The notes under the pieces are model-generated. The model was not told the origin of the DNA. It saw only the letters and a list, made by a program, of their open reading frames with translations, and did not search any database. From Ginglymostoma cirratum (taxonomy: Eukaryota), in contig JAHRHZ010000140.1 of assembly GCA_024137785.1 (NCBI GenBank), forward strand, positions 30,609,687 to 30,673,686: 64,000 bases of DNA, given 5' to 3'. Position 1 is the stretch's first letter. The number at the start of each line of letters is the position of its first letter. Shown here one piece after another: positions 25,090-37,224 of this stretch. The translations under genes and the position numbers were made by a program.

Positions 25090-25571
25090 GTCATACACAT
25101 TGTTCTTCACAGAATTCACATAACAGAATGTTTTTCTGAGCACCCTGGGGGATACATGGCTCCCTGCTGTGTGTTCTTCTCCCCAATTCTTCCTCCTCCC
25201 TCTTCCAGCAACTTGCGCTGCTCTGTATTATCTCCATTCATTCTCCCTGCAATGCCGTAGTCCAAGGGGCATACCTACTGTTGTATAAGGGAAGTGAATT
25301 GAAAGGGTTAATGTTCGAGGCTTCACTCAGCTCTACCCAATCTGATGATGTCATTCAGTTTTGATTGGTGGAAAAGGGGGAGTCTGTGACAGATATGACA
25401 TATTTGACTTCTGATGGCCTTAGTTATTATTTTAACTCAGTAACATATCTTTTACCTATTACTATCATGGAATAAACAATACCTTGTTAATAAAAGTGTC
25501 ACTTCTCGTTGAGGAATAGTAGTGGTTCATCCTCTAACACTGTTAACCAAATAGACCCTTACATTCAATCA

Positions 25572-25685
25572 AGGCTCTTATGGTTCAGGTGTAGTGTTCC
25601 TACCCCTGATCCAGGAGGACTGCTTTCAAGTCCCATCTGTACCAGAGGTGTTTAATAAAGTCTCTGAGCAAGTTGACTCAAATTA
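25572..25685 (+). mobile_element. Short tRNA-derived SINE
   Basis: ggctcttatggttcaggtgtagtg...ttcaagtcccatctg...ctgagcaagttgac with A/B-box-like elements; a related minus-strand fragment lies at 53530-53600. Confidence 0.55.
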
Positions 25686-25885
25686 CATAGAGAGGAGCAT
25701 TGTGGGTGTGTCATTACCCCAGATGATAATATTTTGATCTGTTTCTATTGACTGTTTGATTTGTTTTTGTACCAGTGCCCCAAGAGACGCTGTTCAACCT
25801 CATCATTATTTTGTAGTGCTTGGTTCCACAGCACACATTCGGAATGAAGTGGTCTGTGCAGAACCACTGAAATAAGAAAATACTA

Positions 25886-26133
25886 ACACACTCTCCTTGC
25901 GTCTGCGTGGGTTTCTTCTGGCAGCTCCGGTTTCCTCCCACAGTCCAAAGATGTGCAGGGTAGGTGGATTGGCTATGCTAAATTGCTCATAGTGTCCAGG
26001 GATGTTTAAGTTAGGTGGGTTAGACATGGGAAATGCATGGGTAGGGGGATGGGTCTGGGTGGGATGGTCTGTGGAGGAGTGGTATGGACTTGTTGGGCCA
26101 AATAGTCTGTTTCCACACTGTAGAGATTCTATG
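25886..26133 (+). mobile_element. HE1-type SINE, 5'-truncated
   Basis: gtctgcgtgggtttc...ctcccacagtccaaagatgtgcagg...ccacactgtagagattctatga. Confidence 0.9.
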
Positions 26134-26494
26134 AAAAAAAATGTATGAAAAAGCCAGACCATTCCTTGTAGCTTTCACCAACTCTGGAAACCACAAATGC
26201 TTCTCCTAACCCATTGATAGCTAACATAAATCAATAAGAAATTAATATGAATGTTGTTGTTGCTCCCTTTAAACAGCACTGGTGGAGGCCCTTCCTGCTG
26301 CTGAATGTATGTTTGTCTGTGTGAGGTTAAGAGAGGGTGTTAGCTGGATTGTTCAGGTCCATAATGCAGCACAGTCTTTGAATCAGCATTGCACATTGGT
26401 TATGTCACAATCTGCCTAATCTTCATTCTTCTGCCAGACCCTCCTGCAAAATGGCATCTGAGTGACTTGAAACAGAAGTGGGATCACGTATTGT

Positions 26495-26620
26495 GGATAA
26501 CAAGCATGGGGCTGGATGAACACAGCAGGTCAAGCAGTATCATAGGAGCAGGAAAACTTGACGTTTCGGGCCTAAAAAGCCCGAAATGTCAAGTTTTCCT
26601 GCTCCTATGATACTGCTTGA
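26495..26620. mobile_element. Palindromic PLE-derived element, cut by the assembly gap
   Basis: Same family as 29896-30003; 42-bp inverted arms at 26530-26571 and 26579-26620 (41/42 identical). Confidence 0.85.
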
Positions 26621-27020
26621 NNNNNNNNNNNNNNNNNNNNNNNNNNNNNNNNNNNNNNNNNNNNNNNNNNNNNNNNNNNNNNNNNNNNNNNNNNNNNNNN
26701 NNNNNNNNNNNNNNNNNNNNNNNNNNNNNNNNNNNNNNNNNNNNNNNNNNNNNNNNNNNNNNNNNNNNNNNNNNNNNNNNNNNNNNNNNNNNNNNNNNNN
26801 NNNNNNNNNNNNNNNNNNNNNNNNNNNNNNNNNNNNNNNNNNNNNNNNNNNNNNNNNNNNNNNNNNNNNNNNNNNNNNNNNNNNNNNNNNNNNNNNNNNN
26901 NNNNNNNNNNNNNNNNNNNNNNNNNNNNNNNNNNNNNNNNNNNNNNNNNNNNNNNNNNNNNNNNNNNNNNNNNNNNNNNNNNNNNNNNNNNNNNNNNNNN
27001 NNNNNNNNNNNNNNNNNNNN
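26621..27020. other. Assembly gap (400 N)
   Basis: Run of N. Confidence 1.
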
Positions 27021-27897
27021 AAGCCCAATGCAAAACCTTTATTTTAATAGTGCCCAGGTAGACCATTGACCTTCTGGACTGTTTTAAACTCAGAATCAAA
27101 GAGTGGCACATTGCAGATACAAGTGATTTAGCTCACCAAGTTATCACATTGATACACAATGAGTATTACATTTGCCTCGGTTGATTTAAATTCATTTTGT
27201 GTTAAACTATAATAAATCAGAACTGAACAAATCAAGCAATCAACAGCAGCCAAAGCAGATACATAAATTTCCAATGAAAATCTACCGAGCCTGTAGGAAA
27301 ACAACGAATGAATAATGAATGATCAGTGAGTTAAAGCTACTCACTAAATAAAGCTGAAATGAAGGCTCTACGTATTTTCTGAAAATTGTTTCTGCCACTA
27401 ACTTGCATTTTCTCTCTTGCAAAGTATTAGTCTTGTAGATTAGATTATCACATAATAACTTCATAAATAATTATGAAGCTTACAAGAACATTACTGAACC
27501 TACCGGATTCTTGCCTTAAATCCTCCAGTCAGCTGTAGTGTGACTCAATGTAAAACTCTGTGGAGCATCAGGGTAAATATAACCATGTACTGGATGCAGA
27601 AGTTAGAGAATGGCACCTGTCATATTCATTATGAGCATGGTTTTCTGCTTCCAGAGGGGCTGAGAATAATGGGAGGCATGACAAATTAATCTGCTGAGTG
27701 TCCAAAAATCAGATTCTTGCCATCAAGATAAACTTTAAAAATTATGTCCTCCCACTTCGGAAGGTGAGTTGACCTTCTTGCCGTTAGGTGGCAATCGCCT
27801 ACTGTGCATACATTTGCATATTATTAATTGCACATCTCGCTAGAATTAACTTCACCTGCCCAAATAACTTTGGCTCAATCATAATACCTGGGCACTT

Positions 27898-28640
27898 CAG
27901 TACTATTGCCCTTTCCTCAAATGGGGTGAAGGTCTTAATGTCTGGCAACCCTCCATTGGGATCCTCTTCAAGTTTCTGGGCCAGCTTATCTAATTATGAG
28001 ATAAAGAGACAATTGAGAGTGATGGCAACGGGTGCAGGAACATTTTGTCAGCATGCATTGTCAAGCTTTGAGCCATCTTATGAATAGGAATCACAGTATC
28101 CAAGAACGTACAGTACGCTGAGAGCATGAGGAGATTGTGAGCTTTTGAGTATGCGTCATGCATGTACAGTTGAGACTTTCAGGTTATGACCCCTTGTAAG
28201 ATGCCTGTGCAGTGGCAGGGCTAGACTGAGTGATGCTCCTGTGAGTGTGAGCTGGTAGAAAGAAGGTGGTGCCGCTCACCCTTATGGAGCTCATGAGATT
28301 GTTCATTTTCTTCTGGCTCTGTTGCCAGGTGTCTTGGTGAGGGCCAGTTGCTCTTTACAGCCACCTTGCCTTGCTTCAGGCCATCTGGGTTTGATTGGAG
28401 GGCATCCTGGTGCTATCCATCAAGAATATAACCTCCCTTCCTTCCCTTACTCCATTCAGCAATAACTGTAAGGGAACATTACTAAAGCTTGGGGTGAGCT
28501 TGTTACTTCTTGGGAGGCATCTTCAGTGGGGGGGACCTACATGTTTGAGTGGATGTTCCTTGCTTGCAGTTAGTGAAGTGGAATCCAGTTGGTCTTTAGT
28601 AATAGCAACCAAATCTACACACCTGATGGATACCACCAAG
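27898..28640 (-). pseudogene. Harbinger Myb/SANT-like DNA-binding gene relic, copy 1 (exon 1, intron, part of exon 2)
   Basis: Minus strand: KLTPSFSNVPLQLLLNGVREGREVIFLMDSTRMPSNQTQMA*...TWQQSQKKMNNLMSSIR|gtgag, then an intron, then KLAQKLEEDPNGGLPDIKTFTPFEERAIV. This fits the Myb_DNA-bind_5-type pattern (PRFS..L..L....W..VA...RTWQQCRKK.NDL...TGGG). Confidence 0.75.
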
Positions 28641-29094
28641 TGTTTCAAGTGTGTGCTGGTCACTTGGACTTTGGCTTCCAGTTTAGGCAATTTATTTGTT
28701 TCTTCTCCTCCTATCAAAACATGGTAAATATTGGTAATCTTAGAAACACATGAAGTGCAGGTAGATTGGGGATGTGGTTATGTGAGAGACTCACTTCTGT
28801 AAGTACATAACCTAGAGTATACTGGGAAAGGAAGTCGGGGTGAGATGGTCCTTCACTAAGGTCATTGACCTCCTCTTACTGTTGTCATGGATCTCCTGAA
28901 AAATCAAGGATGGAGTAAATAATGGAGCAGAATAACCATGTCATTCCCCTTGTGCTGTCACAGCTTAGAAAGAAGACCCATTATAAAAGCTTCCTTGGAG
29001 AACAGCAACAGCAGCAGCCACCACTGGCTGCAGAGAAAGGAGGAGCAGAACAACAATTACCACGTAGAAGGAGAGCTCTCATGTGAAACAGGAT

Positions 29095-29205
29095 CTACAG
29101 GCTTCAAACAGAAACAAAAACATTTCTGCAGAAACACATCACATCTGGCAGCATCTGGAGAGAAAAAAATAGTTATGTGACCAGTGACCAGCTGCAGACC
29201 TGTTG
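29095..29205. mobile_element. Degenerate short PLE-derived element
   Basis: aaacagaaacaaaaacatttctgcagaaacac...tctggcagcatctggagagaaaa...gtgacc, similar to 2447-2588 and 24951-25089. Confidence 0.55.
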
Positions 29206-29895
29206 CATTGACGTGCTCATCAGATTGCGTCCCCTTCTTTATTCTTGATAAAGAGATGATTGTCGCTTTGCTGGTGGGTGCTTTGTTAGCAACTAACTAA
29301 GAAGACAGTTGTGCCTTCAATTGTGCCCCACTGATCCACAAACCATCACAAACTGTGTAAATGTATTAAATCCTAACCAGACAACCAAAATGACCAATTT
29401 GCCTGACAGACTGATATTCAGGACAAAACAAAAATTGTACCAGGTTTTGCCAGCTTCAGAAAAATAACTGTTTATTGTAACATACTTAACTGTAACAAGA
29501 GCAATGAAAAGAAAGGATTTCTAGTCTACTACTGCACAACTTAAACTCTATACCTTCAGTAACCTCAAATACATACACACAATTACAATGACAAGAGTCA
29601 AAAGACAAATTGTTTAACATAGGTACCATGGTGTCAAAGAATATTACACATGGTAATCAATGAAAGATCAAAAGTCCAGGCCCTGAAATGGAAAGTTCTC
29701 ACAGTCCTTTTGATGTTAGCAATGATGACCCACTATTGTTTGTAGGGTGATGGGTATTTTGTGATTTGATGGTTGATCAAGTGGGCCGAAGTTTCTCTTG
29801 TTTTAGATGTTTTTGATTTTCCTATCTTTTCCGACAGAAGAGCGAGAGAGAGGGAGAATTGGACGCTGTCGATCTGCAGGTTGTGGAAGTTTCTG

Positions 29896-30003
29896 AGATA
29901 ACAAAGTGTGGGGCTGGATGAACACAGCAGGCCAAGGAGCACCATAGGAGCAGGAAAGCTTGACGTTTCGGGCCTAGACCCTTCATCAGAAACCTTTTAT
30001 CTC
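29896..30003 (-). mobile_element. Short PLE-derived element (108 bp)
   Basis: Perfect 14-bp TSD tgtggaagtttctg (29882-29895, 30004-30017); short inverted ends agataacaaag / cttttatct. Confidence 0.88.
29955..29996 (-). ncRNA. Minimal type-I hammerhead ribozyme motif (best-preserved copy)
   Basis: Minus strand aagguuu-CUGAUGA-a-GGGU(cuag)GCCC-GAAA-cGUC/aagcuuu: intact core, GUC site, 4-bp stem II, 7-bp helix I (two GU pairs) and ACGU palindromic stem III. Confidence 0.75.
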
Positions 30004-30551
30004 TGTGGAAGTTTCTGTTTGCTGCTGCCTTTAGGTTTACAGTTTTTTAACTCTCTGCAGGTCAACCAATCAGAGTGCTGTTGTCAGGCAAAATTTTCTT
30101 AATCTGAAAGAGTCTCAGCATTGCTCCATCTGAAATTATTCCTCTTACTTCTTCAAAAAGCCAACATTTATTGTCCAATTCAGACCTTCAATTTTGAAGT
30201 TGCAAAATTCTCCTGAATCTTTCTGTTATAGCAGTCCAACTTCTATTTCAGTTTATAGTGCTGAGAAAGAAACTAAGTGTTCTCATACAATATAAATGAA
30301 TGCCTTGTTAATTCATCCTCTGAGGTTTCATGAGCTTCCTCCTTGGAGGTCGTGCTGGTGCAGATGGGCTCTGATTTTGGCCTATTGCAGTGTACTGAGT
30401 GATGGATATCACTAATGCCTGCAGAAGAAAAGGGAAGTAATTATTTGATGAAGTTCGGCATTAATCTGTGTCGACCCTCATGCATATCCAAGAAGAGTAG
30501 AATACAATGCTGTTTGCTGGCCTCCTGGGATATTCCTGTTATGACAGAAAT

Positions 30552-30698
30552 AGGATAACAAGGTGTAGAGCTGGATGAACACAGCAGGCCAAGCAGCATC
30601 AGAGGAGCAAGAAGGCTGACGTTTCGGGCCTAGACCCTTCTTCAGACCCTACACCTTGTTATCTCAGATTCTCCAGCATCTGCAGTTCCTACTATCTG
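30552..30698. mobile_element. Short PLE-derived element with inverted arms
   Basis: 11-bp TSD atgacagaaat (30541-30551, 30699-30709); inverted arms gataacaaggtgtag / ctacaccttgttatc. Confidence 0.88.
30613..30650 (-). ncRNA. Minimal type-I hammerhead ribozyme motif
   Basis: Minus strand agggu-CUGAAGA-a-GGGU(cuag)GCCC-GAAA-cGUC/agccu; core intact, helix I has one G-G mismatch. Confidence 0.65.
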
Positions 30699-31974
30699 AT
30701 GACAGAAATGGGCCTTGGTCTTCCCTGGCCAGTTCTATTGCCCTTTCCTCAAATTGTTTGACAGTCTTAATGTCTGGCAACCCTCCACTGAGATCCTGTC
30801 CAAGTTGCTGGGCCAGCTTGTCCTATTATGAGATAAAGAGATGATTGAGTGTGATGGCAACGGGTGCAGGAACATTTTGTCAGCATGCATTGTCAAGCTC
30901 TGAGCCATCCTAGTCAGTGAATAGGAATCACAGTATCCAAGAACGTACAGTACGCTGAGAGCATGAGGAGATTGTGAACATTTGAGTATGTGTCATGCAT
31001 GTATAGTTGAGACTTTCAGGTTATGACCCCTTGCAAGATGCCTGTGCAGTGGCAGGGCTAGACTGAGTGATGCTCCTGTGAGTGTGAGCTAGTAGAGAGA
31101 AGATGGTGCCACTGAACTTTGTGCCACCCAAGAGATTGTTCATTTTCTTCTGGCTCTGTTGCCAGGTGTCTTGGTGAGGGCCAGTTGCTCTTTACAGCCA
31201 CCTTGCCTTGCTTCAGGCCATCTGGGCTTGATTGGAGGGCATCCTGGTGCTATCCATCAAGAATATAACCTCCCTTCCTTCCCTTACTTCATTCAGCAAT
31301 AACCGTAAGGGAGCATTACTAAAGCATGGGGTGAGCTGGTTACTTCTTGGGAGGCATCTTCAGCGGGGGGGACCTACACGTTTGAGTGGAAGTTCCTAGC
31401 TTGCAGTTAGTGAAGTGGAATCCAGTTGGTCTTTAATAATAGCAACCAAATCTACACACCTGAAGGGTACCATCAGGATTCACCAATTCACTTGTACATC
31501 ATCACAATTTCATAGATAATGAGGTGAAAAGCAAGAGCTTCCATGAGATAACTCCCTCCAGGCCTTGGTAAAAGTCACCCTGAATTAACTCCAAAATGGA
31601 AAATCTAAGTGACAAGAGTTTGTTTGCTTTCCTTAAAAGTCCGAGATCTACTCTACTTAAAATGAAAGGTATATTGACAGACATATTCATGCACAGTTGC
31701 AGTGTTTCTTTCCCAGGTACAAATCTTCTACAATCTATTTTGCACAAAATTAGGCTTTGCAAGCCATAGTTTTAATTGGTTTCAATGAGTCATTTGGTAC
31801 TATATTCCTTATGAGGTGAAGGATAGGACGTTAATGCTCCACTTTCTCTTTAAGTGATTGATAATTTCATTATAATCTTAGTGCAGTTCCATTAATTTAT
31901 ATTGTTAAATAACTGCGACCCTAAGTTATATCCTTATCTTGCGGCACTCTACCCAGATAGAGTTCAATGCCGAC

Positions 31975-32137
31975 AGATAAACAGAAATTCATGGAGAAAT
32001 ACAGTTCTGAAGAAGGTTTACTGGACCTGAATTATTGACTCTGCTATCTCTCCACAAATGCTGCCAGAGATGCTGAGTTACTCCAGCAATTTATGTTTTT
32101 GCTTCAGATATCCAGCATGTGCAATTCTTTGTTTTTG
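31975..32137 (+). mobile_element. Degenerate PLE-derived element
   Basis: cagttCTGAAGAaggtttactggacctGAAAtt...ctctccacaaatgctgccagagatgctgag...ccagcatgtgcaattc. Confidence 0.7.
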
Positions 32138-32179
32138 GCTGACTTCAATTCTATTGGGTTCAACCTAAATTAACTGCAA

Positions 32180-32900
32180 CTTGAAATGATATAACACGTA
32201 CAATGCAGTAAAATACACAAATCACTTGATAGGAATTTAGCAGACAGAATTTGATATCACGTCATACAAGATGATTTTGGGACAGATGGCTAAAAACTTG
32301 GTCAAAGAGTAGGTTTAAAGGAGCATCAAAAAGGCAGAGAGTGAGCTAGAGAAGTTAAATGCTTCGAAATGGAAATTCCAGCTGTTAGGGCCCTGATAAC
32401 CAAATGCATGTTTTCCAATGGAAAGTCACGAAAAATAGGGAGCACAAGAGTCCAAAATTGGAGGAGTGCAGAGTTGTCAGAATGTTTCTAAGTCTCAGAA
32501 ATGTTTGTCTAATGGGGAAAGGACAGGACCATTGAAGGATTAGAAAACAAGGATGAACATTTTAACATTGAGGTGTTACTGAACCAGGGAGCAAAACTGT
32601 GTTGGGACTTGGTATGTGTTGGAATAAGCACAGATTAGGATGCGTTCAAATTTATGGAGGGTACAAAGTGCTTGCCAGGGCTGTATTGGAATAGTTGAGT
32701 CCAAACTGAACACAGCGCTGGCTGAAGGTTTCAGCAGCAGTTGAGCTGAGGCAGGAGGAGAGATTATTGATGGTATTGTGGCAAGAGTGGATGGCTGTGC
32801 TGTTGGGATGGGTGTAATAGTTAGACATTCATATCAGGATCAAACAGCAAACCACATGACCGTGGCTGGGTTCAGTTACACTATATTTAAGATGGCCGCT
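32180..32900 (-). mobile_element. L2-type LINE 3' region
   Basis: ggacagatggctaaaaacttggtcaaagagtaggtttaaaggagcatc...ggaaattccagctgttagggccc, resembling the reverse complement of a fish/shark L2 3' end. Confidence 0.6.
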
Positions 32901-35285
32901 GGGCTGGTAACTCCCTTGGAAACTGTGCAAGTTTATTTTTGGCCATTCGTGGCATTTTTTTCATCCTTTCTCCCCCATTCTCTTCCATTATATTAAGTTC
33001 CTCTGATTTTATTAACAGTTGAATTTTTCCCTGATTACCGGCATTGAACAACAACTCTCAAGTAATCACAGTAACAATTTAGCAAACATGGCTTTGACAA
33101 CATGTCATTATAGATGTAAAGCACGATAAATATCAGCATATTTATCCTTGAAAAAGTTTTGAATTTCCATTTTCCCTTATTAAATGAAAGAATGATGATT
33201 AACTGAGGAAAAATGTTCAAACAGAAATTCGGCAGCTTTGAGAAGTGAACACATTTTACCTCAACATAGGACAGATTATTAAAACACCATGGCGTAGATA
33301 TTTGCTCAGGATGTAAAAGCTTCTAGTACCTTGGTTTTATTTTAAATCAAGGTGTCTGTGTACATACTTAAATATTTACTGTGACTGAATGTGCAAAGGT
33401 CAAACGATTACCATGCATGTATGTTACCTCCTTCAGAGGATGGTATTTAAGACAAATTATGCAATAAACCAACACTCATTCTAATTAAGCAACCATCTGT
33501 TTGTATAAGTTACTTTTTATGATCTTAATGATGATTCTGTGCATTTTAATTATGTAGCCACTTCCAATCAGTCTGAAAAGTGACTGCTTGATAACAGGTT
33601 TGCCAAAATATATTAAGAGAATTAGAATGCAATGCTCAGTTTGCTATGTCTAAATGCCTAATAATTGACTGAAAAGTAATTTTGTAATCAACTTGTTGCA
33701 ATCTTATTCCCCAGATTTCATTAACATTCATTTTGTACGATGCAAATAATGTTATCTACTGAGTAAGTAAGGGGGGAACAATTATTATTTTCTAATTAAT
33801 TGATCAGTTAATGAATCACAAAAGTGTGTAATTATTTCACCCTTCATGGGACAATGGGCACTTAGCTGCACATAATTTAAAGGGGCACGGAACTTTATTT
33901 TTGTACTGGTGTGCGAGTTACTAAGGTAGAGTTCTTCTGTAGCTTGACTGTGGATCCTAATAATTAGTTGAGTTCTTGTAAATTCTGATATTAGAAAATG
34001 ATTCTTGAACAGGTTTGCAAATAGTTAGCTCAGCAGTTTGATCTTGTAAAATCTTGATGTTTTAAGGTTATTAAAAATTTTATGTGCATATTTTACTGAC
34101 CACATAAGTAAATTTTGCTGATTAAGCAGCATTGCTGTGATAATGAGGAGATCGAGAGATAAATGGCAGAATAAATGAAAAGGACAAAGGAATCGTTATA
34201 AAATTCCCATAACTAAAACAGTCCTCAGCCTATATCTTGAGGTATTTAAGTTCCCTTCCATGGCTCCTTTTATAAGCTCCTTTGATGTACAGTACCACAG
34301 CCTCTAATATGACATGCATTTAAAACTCCCTTATTCAAAAAAACTGTACAACAGATTCCCTTTATAGTGTATCTGCCTTAAAACCTTATTTGTGGATGAC
34401 GACCAAATACAGGATTACTGTAAACGTGGGACCTACTGTAAAATTTAAAATGACTCTGTCTTTTCAATATGCATTTTAAAACATACTTCTACACATTTTG
34501 GCAAGTTTTTACTAAGCTGTATTTCAGAAGCATAGCAGATTCTTACTGCTCTAACTGCAAATAAAAGATTTATTGTAGGCATCTTGTATACTTACTTACT
34601 TAAGTCATAATCAATAAAGAGTTTGATTTTACCAGAATTGTTTTGACGTGAACAGGAAAATGTAATCATATTAATGATATTTTCAAGGCTTTGACAGCAG
34701 ATTTACAATTTTTTGTTTATATCAAACGACTTCAGATTTTTAATGTTTTTCTTCTAAGACCTATCCTTTCCTTCATTCCCCTGGCCTTTAGCTTGATAGC
34801 TGAGAGGCAGGTACATGTAAAGGAGTGCCAGACGTCACTGGGGAGTCCCCAGGTGTGATTTTTCAATCTTCACTTTCCTTCCTCCCAGCGAGAAGTTCTA
34901 CACCTTGAGCTCAGCCACATTTGGACAGACCAGAATTTGAACCTGAATCTATTCACACGCTGTGGCATTGAGCACCAGGGATCTGACACACAATGTTAGT
35001 GGTCTAATTTTTTTTAAAAAAAGAACTGAAATTAATTACACATTCCGATATTATATAGACAGGATCGGACACAACTGTGACGCTGTCCTTGGCCAAATAG
35101 TCCGTGTGCAATAGATGTCTCTGCTTACAAATAAAAATGATTTGGGTGGAACACAACAGGGCAGCATGAGGCAGTCACCCTAAGAAAAGAGGGGAAAGGT
35201 AAGGAAATGGGGTGAGGAGGCTATAAAGAACGACATTGTTTGTTGAACTCATTAATGTAACAGATATTGTAGAATAAAATGGAAT

Positions 35286-35607
35286 TCATAGAATCCCTAC
35301 GGTGTGGAAACAGGCCCTTTGGCCCAACAAGTCCACACTGACCCTCAGAGCATCCCACCCAGACACATTCCCCTATAGTCCACCTAATCTACACATCCCT
35401 GAACACTACAGGCAATTTAGCATGGCCAATCCACCTAGCCTGCATATCTTTGGACTGTGGGAGGAAACCAGCGCAAATGCATGCAGACACAGGGAGAATG
35501 TGCAAACTCCACACAGACAGTTGCCTGAGAGTGGAATTGAGAGAGTGGAAAGTGGGTCCCTGCTACCTGTGAGGCAGCTGTGCTAACCACTGAGCCACCG
35601 GGCTGCC
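35286..35607 (-). mobile_element. HE1-type SINE
   Basis: tcatagaatccctac tail through gtgctaaccactgagccaccgggctgcc head. Confidence 0.92.
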
Positions 35608-37224
35608 AATTTGAGATGTTTATCCAGAATTTAAAGCTGTTAATGGGATTGATGCTGCTAGGTCTGAAGTATGTAGATGGGGGGTGGGGAGGGGAATGTA
35701 GTATGGGGTGGAGAACACAAGTCACTTAGAAGGGAGCCCACCATCTATCTGTCCCCAGCAGCTGCTGGCCATTCAGAAGCCAGTAGTGCATCATCCTCAC
35801 TATTCTTAACAGGAAGCGGTGACCATGGCTGATGCACAGTTGGAGGAGGAGGAGGGCACAACCAGGTGGGGTCTGAGGCACTATCTGGTCCTGTGAGGAA
35901 TGGTGGTGGTCTTGATGAGGCAGGTGATGCCACTGCCACAATTGCTGCCAGTGCCTCTGCTGTGGGCTGACACGTGCCCGAATAGGAACTCTTATATGAC
36001 CACCCCTGTCCCAGAACTAGCCCCCTGGTGATTTCCACATGAGGCAGAGACCCCTCCCATCACTAGTGAAATTCCACTGGAGGCAGGACTACACTCTTCC
36101 TTGGCCATGTAAGGGGCTCACCAACTTCCTCAATGTCCACCCAGAATGTTGGTAAAATCCAATCACTCAATGGAGCAGAAAAAAATCTGTTTCATGTGAA
36201 TTACATATAACTTTCATTATACTCAACCACTGAGTAATTCCAGGAAATCATTGAAGAAAGCATATTTTTCTTTTTCCTGCCTTCAATTATCAGCTTCTTG
36301 CCCCTGCTTCAGAATTGTTTTATGTCTCTATACTTGAGTTGGAACTATGGGACCATATCGACTGAAAGTTGTGCCACAGTTTCCTAGTTTGATCATCAGT
36401 ACAACAGTTTTGGGATAGCAGCCATTTTTAGTTTCAACCTGTATAAGGTAGGCTGTCAACGACTATTTTGAACAGAACTTCAAGGAGGAATTCAGGGAGA
36501 AACAATAAGAGCAAGTCTTAAGTGTCAAAGGGATCTCAAAGAGGAAGGCAAACAAAATATTTTGGTATTTTGCCAAAAGAACCCAGGGAATCTGCAAGTG
36601 CTGTAACTGCAGAACTAATGAGGACCTGCTCTCTCTCCCTTCCAAATCCTGCTGACCTGCTGAGTCTACCTGTACAGACAATCTTTAATATTTGACTAGA
36701 GTAGCCATCACAGCTCATCACATGAATTCTGACTTTATGTCTTTAACGTCTTCACTTTTGAAAGAAAAGCTTCAAGCAAGTAACAAGCCTCAACAATCTT
36801 AGAGACACAACTTAATTTCATCCTCATATTTTGTTCTTACCTATTTTCTATCTTTGTGTATGTATTTTTATCATTTGATTCCTAAGTAATTTTCAGAAGT
36901 AGTTGTGTAATATATTAACCTTCTTTCTTGTTTAAAGCACAGAGCTGTGTTGCTGTTTATTTTAAATTGAAAATCTTGAAAATTGATGAGGGCTACAAAT
37001 GAGTTTTACAAATTTGCAGTTTATGGACCCCTCTGAGGCCATGCCTGATGAGGTTGTGACACCACAGTGAATCTGTCACTGGTTGAGTTGATGTGCTCCA
37101 CGCTCACAGACACACCTATGCAGTGCTCACTGTGTTGTCTTGGAGGAGGTGGAGAGAGGCTGCTTAACCCTCTGGCTGGTTGGCATTGAGGAGCATTGTG
37201 ACCAGCTGTACTAATTTATCTAAC

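Larger units (their letters stand above)
22480..25330 (-). mobile_element. Possible highly decayed LTR retrotransposon (Gypsy-like) relic
   Basis: PPT-like gggggagatg on the minus strand near 22741-22750 and weak pol-like peptides (YPMIQD near 23455-23480). Poorly resolved. Confidence 0.3.
29362..30289. mobile_element. Possible solo LTR
   Basis: TGTAT...ATACA termini and an internal tttatt (poly(A) signal on the minus strand); no clean TSD. Confidence 0.3.
30300..31477 (-). pseudogene. Harbinger Myb/SANT-like gene relic, copy 2
   Basis: 30730-31477 is a direct repeat of 27898-28640. Exon 2 reads tag|DKLAQQLGQDLSGGLPDIKTVKQFEERAIELAREDQG and is broken by a PLE insertion; a further acceptor (cttttcttctgcag) lies near 30419-30432 on the minus strand. 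Confidence 0.7.

Noticed and set aside
26540-27111. Long ORFs of 150-168 aa
   Set aside because: Artefacts of translating through the N gap.
27898-31477. Direct repeats interpreted as paired LTRs of one retroelement
   Set aside because: No TG...CA termini, PBS or PPT; the repeats encode a Myb/SANT relic and the spacer has no gag/pol.
35690-36165. GC-rich segment with a Pro-rich ORF
   Set aside because: Probably a decayed non-autonomous DNA transposon; no splice or domain support and termini not verifiable.
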